Source of the DNA: Candidatus Saccharimonas sp. | GTDB lineage: Bacteria > Patescibacteriota > Saccharimonadia > Saccharimonadales > Saccharimonadaceae | NCBI GenBank assembly: GCA_015256915.3 | Contig: CP076101.2 | Location: forward strand, 360,001 to 392,000 | Length of the DNA stretch: 32,000 nucleotides | Direction of reading: 5' to 3' | Shown: in pieces, positions 25,627 through 32,000 of the stretch | Layout of the letters: each line of letters opens with the position of its first letter | Numbering within the stretch: position 1 is the first letter of the stretch | Notes under the pieces: model-generated | The model's input: the letters and a program-made list of their open reading frames with translations, nothing else | Database searches by the model: none | Told to the model about the DNA's origin: nothing | Program-made: the position numbers and the translations under genes

Positions 25627-28113
25627 TTAATCTTTCGAAACTTCAATTATAATTTCACCATTTTTTGCAATCGCCACAAATTGCGTTCCTTTTGATGGAT
25701 TTTTTACCAAAATTTCCTCGGCTATTTTGTGCTCAAGCAAATCCTCAATTGCGCGCCTAAGCGGCCTTGCCCCATTTTTAGCATCATAGCCCTTTTCAAT
25801 AATAAAATCCTTCGCTGATTTTCGAACTTTCAAATTCAAACCTTTTCGAAGCAATCGATTATTTAAGTCAGATAAAAGAATATCAAAAATCTTGCCAATT
25901 TCAGTTTTTGAAAGTGATTGAAATGTAATAATTCCGTCGAATCGGTTTAAAAGCTCAGGTTTTAGAACTTTTTCAAGAGCCTTTCGAGCAAATTTTTCAT
26001 TTTTTGAATGATTCTTTTTTGAAGAACTTTCCGCCTCAAACCCGAGCGATTTTTCATTCATCATTTCGCTTGCGCCAAGATTACTTGTTAAAATTACAAC
26101 AGTATTTTTAAACGAAACTTTTCTACCTTGCGAATCTGTTAACTCACCATCTTCTAAGAGTTGCAAAAGTAGATTGAAAGTATCTGGGTGAGCTTTTTCA
26201 ATTTCATCAAAAAGCACTACGGAATATGGCTGACGGCGAATTTTCTCTGTTAAAGTTCCGCCTTCACCATAGCCAACATAACCAGCTGGCGCACCCAAAA
26301 GTTGCGAAGTTTTATGTTTTTCGCCAAATTCGCTCATATCAATTTTAATTAAAGATTTCGAACCGCCAAAGACCTCGTTTGCAAGCTGGCGTGAAAGTTC
26401 GGTTTTTCCAACACCAGTCGGACCAAGAAAGATAAACGAACCAATTGGACGATTTTCATCTGAAATCCCAGATTTATTGCGGCGGATTGCTTTCGAAATT
26501 TTCTCAATCGCCTCACTTTGGCCAATCACCTTTTTCGTAAGGTGTTTTTCAAGATTTTGTAGAATTTTTGCCTGATTTTTTGAAATTTTTTGAACCGGAA
26601 TATTCGTTTTTAAAGAAATCGCTCGCGCTACATAATCGCTCGTTAAATTAATTTTTTTCGAACTTTTTGCTTTTTGCTCCTCTTCACTAAGTTTTTTTCT
26701 AAGTTGTGAAATTCGCGTTTTATAGAGAGCCGCGTCTTCAAAGTCTTCGTTTTCTGCCGCTCGAATTTGCTTTTCATTTAATTTTTCAATCTCACGCGAG
26801 AATTCTAAAATTTTATTCGGTTTCGACACCTTCTCGCTCGCAGCTAGCGCACCAGCCTCATCTAAAATATCAATAGCTTTGTCTGGCATTTGGCGGTCAA
26901 AAATATACCTCGCGCTCATATCAACGATTTCACCCAAAACTTCATCAGAAACTTCAATATTATGATATTTTTCATATTTTTCTCGCAAACCTTTTAAAAT
27001 ATCAATCGTTTCATTCAAGCTTGGTTCTTCAACCTGAACAGATTGAAAACGCCGATTCAATGCAGAATCTTTCTCAATCGATTTTTTAAATTCATCAAAA
27101 GTTGTGGCACCGATTAGTTTAATTTTTCCACGAGCGAGCGCTGGCTTTAAAATATTCGCCGCATCCATTGCGCCTTCCGCCGAGCCAGTTCCTGCTAAAA
27201 GATGAATTTCATCAATAAATGCAATTATTTCTTGATGTTTTTCAAGCGCTTTAATTACATTTTTTAGCCGCTCTTCAAATTGACCACGAAATTTCGTACC
27301 AGCCAACATTCCAGCTAAATCAATTTCAAAAATTCGCTTTCCAATTAGTTGTGATGGGACTTGTTCTTTCGAAATTTTTTGAGCAAGAAGTTCAACTACA
27401 GCGGTTTTTCCAACTCCAGCCTCACCAATCAAAACTGGATTTGATTTCGTGCGACGAAGCAGAACCGTAATTAATCTCTGGACTTCAGTTTCACGCCCAA
27501 TTACTGGATTAAGTTCGCCATTTTTAGCTTTTTCTGTCAAATCTTCACCAAATTTCTTCAAAATTGCAATTTCACGGCTGGATTGTTGCTTCTCTGAATT
27601 CTTTCGAAAGCTTTTTTGCTCAATTTCATCAATTCCATCAGCTGAATTTTCGTTCGAAAATAAAATATCAAAAGCATTAACTAACCCCTCAATATCAGCC
27701 CCAGTTTGCCGAAGCACAACCTGCAATTTTAAATCTTTTTGCTTTAAAATTGAGAAAAGTAGGTTTTTTGTGCCAATTTCATTATCGTCACCAGAAATTA
27801 AACTCGCCATTTTTAATGCAAAAACTGCGCGGTCGGTTAAAGCTCGCACATTTGGATCTGCAAAATCTGGCAGACTTTTCGAAATTGGCGGATTTTCAAC
27901 AAAAAAATCATATAAATCTTCAAATTTTAAGCCGTATTCATATGCTAAAGTTGCCGCCGAAGATTCGCGATTTGCTAAAATTCCTAACAAAATATGTTCA
28001 ATTCCAATGTAGCCAGTTTTAAATTTACGAGAGAAGAATTCTGCTCGCTCCAAACTTTTGTGCGAATTTTCACTCATTCGCGAAATAATTTCTTGAAAGT
28101 CTTCAGGTATCAT
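25627..28113 (-). CDS. clpC: Clp ATPase, ClpC type
   Basis: 828 aa with a Clp_N repeat ([11 protein letters not shown]), D1 GEAGVGKTA and D2 GPTGVGKTE. It has a short middle domain with the UVR-like [18 protein letters not shown] and the ClpP-docking tripeptide LGF. Confidence 0.9.
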   Translation of the reverse strand: MIPEDFQEIISRMSENSHKSLERAEFFSRKFKTGYIGIEHILLGILANRESSAATLAYEYGLKFEDLYDFFVENPPISKSLPDFADPNVRALTDRAVFALKMASLISGDDNEIGTKNLLFSILKQKDLKLQVVLRQTGADIEGLVNAFDILFSNENSADGIDEIEQKSFRKNSEKQQSSREIAILKKFGEDLTEKAKNGELNPVIGRETEVQRLITVLLRRTKSNPVLIGEAGVGKTAVVELLAQKISKEQVPSQLIGKRIFEIDLAGMLAGTKFRGQFEERLKNVIKALEKHQEIIAFIDEIHLLAGTGSAEGAMDAANILKPALARGKIKLIGATTFDEFKKSIEKDSALNRRFQSVQVEEPSLNETIDILKGLREKYEKYHNIEVSDEVLGEIVDMSARYIFDRQMPDKAIDILDEAGALAASEKVSKPNKILEFSREIEKLNEKQIRAAENEDFEDAALYKTRISQLRKKLSEEEQKAKSSKKINLTSDYVARAISLKTNIPVQKISKNQAKILQNLEKHLTKKVIGQSEAIEKISKAIRRNKSGISDENRPIGSFIFLGPTGVGKTELSRQLANEVFGGSKSLIKIDMSEFGEKHKTSQLLGAPAGYVGYGEGGTLTEKIRRQPYSVVLFDEIEKAHPDTFNLLLQLLEDGELTDSQGRKVSFKNTVVILTSNLGASEMMNEKSLGFEAESSSKKNHSKNEKFARKALEKVLKPELLNRFDGIITFQSLSKTEIGKIFDILLSDLNNRLLRKGLNLKVRKSAKDFIIEKGYDAKNGARPLRRAIEDLLEHKIAEEILVKNPSKGTQFVAIAKNGEIIIEVSKD

Positions 28114-28119
28114 AACTCT

Positions 28120-28148
28120 ATTTTATCATACTTTTAGCACTCTTACAA
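28120..28148 (-). promoter_or_regulatory. Promoter of clpC-clpP; the -10 ends 6 nt before the ATG
   Basis: On the minus strand: TTGTAA (28143..28148), 17 nt, TGaTAAAAT with the -10 at 28120..28125, then agagtt and the ATG at 28113. Confidence 0.55.
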
Positions 28149-28160
28149 TATGAGTGCTAA
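28134..28160. promoter_or_regulatory. CIRCE operator (HrcA binding site), perfect consensus
   Basis: TTAGCACTC (28134..28142), 9 nt, GAGTGCTAA (28152..28160). This matches TTAGCACTC-N9-GAGTGCTAA exactly. It covers the -35 and spacer of the clpC promoter. Confidence 0.85.
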
Positions 28161-28176
28161 TAATTTCTTATTTTAT

Positions 28177-28205
28177 TTGACTTTTTAGGCTTTTTTATAT
28201 ATAAT
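28177..28205 (+). promoter_or_regulatory. sigma70-type promoter of ogt
   Basis: TTGACT (28177..28182), 17 nt, TATAAT (28200..28205). The ATG at 28218 is 12 nt downstream and there is no SD. Confidence 0.6.
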
Positions 28206-28217
28206 TGTCATATTAAA

Positions 28218-28724
28218 ATGCGTGAACTAAAACTTTCTAAAATCCAAACGCCACTTGGCGAAATGACGGCAATCGCTCATGACGATGCTTTGGTTTTTTT
28301 GGAATTTCAAGATAATGAAAATTTCGAAAAAGATTTAGCTCAAATTAAAGAGTTTTTTGAAGTTGAAAATATTGAAGAAGGCGAAAATCTACCAATTAAA
28401 CAGATACGCATTGAACTTGAAGATTATTTTAAACACCCTTTTGCAGGTTTTAAAACACCAATCGAAATGATTGGAACAGATTTTCAAAAACAGGTTTGGG
28501 AGGAGCTTCAGAATATTCGCTCCGGCTCAACCTCAACATATTCTGAAATTGCCGAAAAAATTGAAAATCCTAACGCCGTTCGTGCGGTTGGCAACGCTCT
28601 GAACGCGAATAAGCTTTCCATAATTATTCCATGCCATCGAGTTCTTACGAAAGATATGGATTTTGGTGGTTATAACGGAGGACAAAACCGTAAAAGCTGG
28701 CTTCTTCAGCACGAGGGAATTTAA
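28218..28724 (+). CDS. ogt: Methylated-DNA--protein-cysteine methyltransferase
   Basis: 168 aa with the active-site motif IIPCHRVL and the helix-turn-helix block TYSEIAEKI..PNAVRAVGNA. Confidence 0.9.
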   Translation: MRELKLSKIQTPLGEMTAIAHDDALVFLEFQDNENFEKDLAQIKEFFEVENIEEGENLPIKQIRIELEDYFKHPFAGFKTPIEMIGTDFQKQVWEELQNIRSGSTSTYSEIAEKIENPNAVRAVGNALNANKLSIIIPCHRVLTKDMDFGGYNGGQNRKSWLLQHEGI

Positions 28725-28749
28725 AAAAAACGCTCAACTAGAGCGTTTT
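28723..28749. terminator. Bidirectional terminator between the convergent ogt and GalU-like genes
   Basis: aacgctc (28729..28735) pairs with gagcgtt (28741..28747) around a 5-nt loop. An A-run lies on one side and a T-run on the other. Confidence 0.65.
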
Positions 28750-28752
28750 AAT

Positions 28753-29703
28753 TTAGAGGCTTTCGAAGTATTTTATAACTTCTTTCAGATCTTTGATATA
28801 TTTGTTACAGTTTCCAGAAGCCATCATCATTGCCGGAACCGCCAAAGCGTAGTCATAGCAATTTCCAGTATCGCAATATAATCCGTTAATACGAACTGCA
28901 TAGAATTTCATTCCATCATTCATTGCATTTTGTACAGGAATCTGATACATTAGCTCGCCATTTCCGTCAAACTTTTTCTCGTAATCACTCATATATTTAA
29001 TGAGTTTATTTTCGAAAATTGCTCCACGAACACTTGCGAGCTCACTTTTAGCATTTTCGAAACCTGGTTTTTCGTCGATTTTTTCAACCTCTAAGACCAA
29101 ATTGTCGTCTTTGTATCGCGGACGATGAATGATTTCACCCACTACAATTGCATACTTTTCGTATTCATTATCATTCTGCACTTGCTTAACCGGCAAAATA
29201 CTTCCACCAAACTTTTCATAAGCTTCAAAAATTTGCTCGAATTCATTTTTACCAACTGTTGCAAAGTTATCATCTGGGAAAAAGTAAGCAAAATCACTCT
29301 CACCAATGAAATCAATAACTTTAGGTGTGCTGAGTGGAGCTTGATTACCGTAGAATTTGCAATCTTGTTGGATAAATTTTGCTGGAGCTAAAAACTCAAG
29401 TCGTTCAACTTTTTCAGCAAAATCATGTTTGCCCTTACTTCGAAGTTCTTCGACAATTGCTTTTTTACTTTCGAAAACACTTTTTATTGAAGTTTTTTCA
29501 GGACTAATAACGATTGCAATATTTTTAACCGGTATTCCAGCTTGAACTAGTTTTTCCACCAAAACCACAATCGAATTCTGCAAAAAGCTTTCAAAAGGTA
29601 TTGGTAGTAATTCTTTGGCGAATCCTGTAGTCGCTGGATATCCACGCGTACCATTTCCTGCCGCAGGAATGATGACTTTCAATTCTTTACGTTTCTTTCG
29701 CAT
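28753..29703 (-). CDS. Sugar-1-phosphate nucleotidyltransferase (GalU/UDP-glucose pyrophosphorylase-like)
   Basis: 316 aa with the N-terminal motif KVIIPAAGNGTRGYPATTGFAKELLPI and a GGAGG SD. Confidence 0.7.
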   Translation of the reverse strand: MRKKRKELKVIIPAAGNGTRGYPATTGFAKELLPIPFESFLQNSIVVLVEKLVQAGIPVKNIAIVISPEKTSIKSVFESKKAIVEELRSKGKHDFAEKVERLEFLAPAKFIQQDCKFYGNQAPLSTPKVIDFIGESDFAYFFPDDNFATVGKNEFEQIFEAYEKFGGSILPVKQVQNDNEYEKYAIVVGEIIHRPRYKDDNLVLEVEKIDEKPGFENAKSELASVRGAIFENKLIKYMSDYEKKFDGNGELMYQIPVQNAMNDGMKFYAVRINGLYCDTGNCYDYALAVPAMMMASGNCNKYIKDLKEVIKYFESL

Positions 29704-29755
29704 ATCTAAATGCCTCCTTTTTTAAGTACTTTGGTCGCCCAAAGCCAATGCAATA

Positions 29756-29784
29756 ATTATAACACGAGAAAAGCTAGCAGTCAA
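29756..29784 (-). promoter_or_regulatory. Promoter of the GalU-like gene, nested in the nusA terminator
   Basis: On the minus strand: TTGACT (29779..29784), 17 nt, TGtTATAAT with the -10 at 29756..29761. The -35 lies in the stem/loop of the terminator hairpin. Confidence 0.55.
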
Positions 29785-29795
29785 CCCTGCTAGCT
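29768..29795 (-). terminator. Rho-independent terminator of nusA
   Basis: Minus-strand RNA AGCUAGCAG-GGUUGA-CUGCUAGCU forms a perfect 9-bp stem, followed by UUUUCUCG. Confidence 0.7.
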
Positions 29796-29805
29796 CTTAA
29801 AATGT

Positions 29806-31002
29806 TTATTGTTCTTCTCCGCCGAATTTCTCGCGGTCGCTTTCATCTCCGTCGAGGTTTTCAACAACTTCACTTTCAGTCGCTTCATTTAAAGCACTGA
29901 ACAAGCCATCTTCAACATTTCCACGTGGTTTTTTTTCGGTAGATTTAGCAAGTTCAATATCAAGCTCATAGCCCGTTAGTCGACTTGCAAGGCGAACATT
30001 CTGCCCAGCGCGACCAATTGCAACACTTTGTTGATCTTCACTCACAAGCACAGTTGCTCGTTTGCGTTCGTTTTCACCAGTTTCTTTAATTTGAACTTCA
30101 ACAACTTCTGCAGGACTTAACGCCTCACGGATAAATTCGCTTGGGTTTTCGCTCCAAGTTACAATATCAATTTTTTCACGTTCACCAATTTCATTCATAA
30201 CAGATTGAACTCGCACACCACGACTACCAACAAAAGTTCCAACTGGATCAACACCGTTCATAATTGAACGAACCGCCATCTTAGTTCGGCGACCAGCCTC
30301 ACGAGCAATAGCCACAATTTCAACCATTCCAGTTTCTAGTTCTGGCACTTCTTGTTCGAAAAGAATTTCAACGAATTTAGCATCTGCACGTGAAAGAATC
30401 AACTCCGGTGCACGACCTTCACGTTCAATTTCTTTAATAAGAACTTTAATCCGCTGGCCAACACTAAAATATTCACCATTAATTTGTTCGCGGAGTGGCA
30501 TAACTCCATTTGCTTTTCCTAAATCAATTCTCACAAATCGTTGGTCAATTTTCGAAACCGAACCACTTACGATAGTACCAACTTTATCTTCGAATTCTTC
30601 AAGAATAATCTCACGTTCAGCTTCACGGAGTCGTTGCAAAACAACTTGCTTAGCAGTTTGGGCGGCCACACGACCAAAAGTTTCAACTGGGAATTTCTCT
30701 TCAACAATTTCGCCAATTTCAGCATTTGCATCAAGTTTTTTTGCATCTTCAAGAGAAATCTCGTTATTAATATTATAAGCTTCTTCGCCGTCAACAACTT
30801 CATATTGAACAAAAACTTCAGCATCACCAGTTTGAGTATTTAGCTCTGCTCGAACATTTTGGTCACGATTTCCGTTCTCGCGTCGCCAAGCAGCCGCAAT
30901 CGCCATTTCAATAACTTCTAAAACTTTTTCTTCTGGTAAATTTTTTTCAGCTGCAATTGTTTTTGCCGCCAACATCATTTGTTTAATATTTAAATCTTCC
31001 AT
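29806..31002 (-). CDS. nusA: Transcription termination/antitermination factor NusA
   Basis: 398 aa with an S1 domain (GTIVSGSVSKIDQRFVRIDLG...) and two KH domains (DPVGTFVGSRGVRVQSV, AIGRAGQNVRLAS). Confidence 0.93.
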   Translation of the reverse strand: MEDLNIKQMMLAAKTIAAEKNLPEEKVLEVIEMAIAAAWRRENGNRDQNVRAELNTQTGDAEVFVQYEVVDGEEAYNINNEISLEDAKKLDANAEIGEIVEEKFPVETFGRVAAQTAKQVVLQRLREAEREIILEEFEDKVGTIVSGSVSKIDQRFVRIDLGKANGVMPLREQINGEYFSVGQRIKVLIKEIEREGRAPELILSRADAKFVEILFEQEVPELETGMVEIVAIAREAGRRTKMAVRSIMNGVDPVGTFVGSRGVRVQSVMNEIGEREKIDIVTWSENPSEFIREALSPAEVVEVQIKETGENERKRATVLVSEDQQSVAIGRAGQNVRLASRLTGYELDIELAKSTEKKPRGNVEDGLFSALNEATESEVVENLDGDESDREKFGGEEQ

Positions 31003-31062
31003 TTTATCCTTTCGAAATAATTTCTTATGAAAAATGCCGACCTGGTGGCCGACTACCTTTCA

Positions 31063-31091
31063 ATTTTAGCACAATTTATTTTTTTCGTCAA
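31063..31091 (-). promoter_or_regulatory. sigma70-type promoter of nusA
   Basis: On the minus strand: TTGACG (31086..31091), 17 nt, TGcTAAAAT with the -10 at 31063..31068. Confidence 0.6.
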
Positions 31092-31095
31092 GCTT

Positions 31096-32000
31096 CTAAT
31101 TTAATAAAGTTAATCTTTGGTATTTTTCAAGTGATTTTGGCTTTTCTCTCAAATATTCTTGCCAATATTTTTGATTTTCGAACAAAAAATCCACCGCAGA
31201 TTGTGCTCGCGAAATCATTTTTGTGTCACCGATACTTGCGAATTCCAGATTAATTTCTCCACTTTGTGCCTTGCCGTAAATTTCACCAGCACCACGAAGT
31301 TCTAAATCCTTTTCCGCCAAAATAAATCCATCATTGGTTTTCGAAATTTCTTGGAGCCTCTGTGGCGGTTTTGCATTTGAGCTCATTACAAGATAACAAA
31401 AAGCATCACCACCACCACGACCAACTCGCCCACGAAGCTGATGAAGCTGTGCTAAACCAAAACGATCCGCGTTCTCAATAACAATTACACTCGCATTCGG
31501 AACGTTAATTCCAACTTCAATAACGGTAGTTGAAAGCAGAATATCAGCTTTTTTTGCCAAAAAATCTGCCATTATTTGCTCTTTTTCTTCCGACTTCTTT
31601 TTACCATGAAGCTGTAAAATTCTAAATTCCTTAAAATCACGCTTTAATCGTTTAAATTCTGCCTCAACACTTTTAATTTCCTCGTTTTTTCCTTCTTGAA
31701 TTGCCGGAACAATTACAAAAACTTGCCGTCCATTCGAAATTTCATCTCTAATCCTTGCATTCATCGGCGCACGAGAAGCTGGTGAGATGATTTCAGTTTG
31801 AACTGGCTTTCTCCCTTCAGGCTTTTCTTTCAATATTGAAATACTCAAATCACCAAAAAGTGTTAATTGTAACGATCTTGGAATTGGCGTAGCAGTCATT
31901 GCAAGTAGATGTGGCATTTTTTGGTGAGATTTTTCAAGAATTTTTTGCCTTTGAGCAACACCAAAACGGTGCTGTTCATCAATAATCACCAAACCGAGAT
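31096..32000 (-). CDS. recG: ATP-dependent DNA helicase RecG, C-terminal part; the 5' end lies beyond the window
   Basis: Motifs VIIDEQHRFGV (motif II), MTATPIPRSL and QLHQLRGRVGRG (motif VI). The reading frame stays open to position 32000. Confidence 0.88.
   Translation of the reverse strand, partial: LGLVIIDEQHRFGVAQRQKILEKSHQKMPHLLAMTATPIPRSLQLTLFGDLSISILKEKPEGRKPVQTEIISPASRAPMNARIRDEISNGRQVFVIVPAIQEGKNEEIKSVEAEFKRLKRDFKEFRILQLHGKKKSEEKEQIMADFLAKKADILLSTTVIEVGINVPNASVIVIENADRFGLAQLHQLRGRVGRGGGDAFCYLVMSSNAKPPQRLQEISKTNDGFILAEKDLELRGAGEIYGKAQSGEINLEFASIGDTKMISRAQSAVDFLFENQKYWQEYLREKPKSLEKYQRLTLLN

Noticed and set aside
28161-28190. A CtsR operator upstream of clpC
   Set aside because: Only one AGTCAAA heptad is present, and it is the complement of the ogt -35 box. 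The required direct repeat (A/GGTCAAA-NAN-A/GGTCAAA) is absent.
31036-31053. GC-rich gccgacctggtggccgac in the nusA leader, considered as an attenuator hairpin
   Set aside because: It contains a direct repeat of GTCGGC rather than an inverted repeat, and I could not draw a stable stem.
1-32000. Alternative genetic code (UGA recoding, as in some candidate phyla)
   Set aside because: All long conserved genes are uninterrupted under the standard code, and TGA appears as a plausible stop at 24067..24069.
1-32000. tRNA, rRNA, tmRNA or riboswitch genes in the intergenic regions
   Set aside because: Every spacer longer than 80 nt was inspected. Each is accounted for by promoters, leaders and terminators, and I saw no cloverleaf-compatible segments or known riboswitch cores. 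This was done by eye and should be confirmed with tRNAscan-SE and Infernal.

Overview
This is an AT-rich bacterial chromosomal segment in which almost every gene is on the minus strand. The organism looks like a small-genome, low-GC lineage, but the lineage cannot be fixed from the sequence alone. The core genes, read along the minus strand, are recG (partial), nusA, a GalU-like nucleotidyltransferase, clpC-clpP, rpoB-rpoC, a DUF3592 protein with rnhA, fusA, and tuf. tuf is partial, runs off the window start and is missing from the ORF track. Only ogt and one secreted protein are on the plus strand. About 12.9 kb of cargo lies between fusA (stop at 13216) and tuf (start at 301), two genes that are normally adjacent. 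The cargo encodes a DsbA-like membrane oxidoreductase, a cysteine desulfurase, two orphan coiled-coil proteins, a FemAB-family transferase, an HU-like protein and a three-gene defence operon at 5732..13167. The operon encodes a truncated N6A-methyltransferase-like protein with NPPY degraded to NTLT. It also encodes a 1412-aa single-polypeptide enzyme resembling Type ISP restriction-modification enzymes, with a T5orf172/GIY-YIG-like head followed by an SF2 translocase, an NPPY methyltransferase and a target-recognition tail. The third product is an RloC/PrrC-like ABC ATPase with a coiled coil, a zinc hook and an anticodon-nuclease motif. This operon is the best candidate for a new system. Other signals are a GC-rich 15-bp in-frame tandem repeat in the target-recognition tail and a perfect CIRCE operator laid over the clpC-clpP promoter. 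The palindrome TTCGAA is several-fold over-represented in all reading frames and in intergenic DNA, yet is absent from a 4.2-kb stretch that includes the RloC-like gene. Promoters are very regular (TTGACn, 17 bp, TAAAAT), and several sit so close to the start codon that the mRNAs may be leaderless. There is also an unannotated 53-codon gene with its own promoter, SD and terminator. No rRNA, tRNA, CRISPR array, integrase or transposase was seen.
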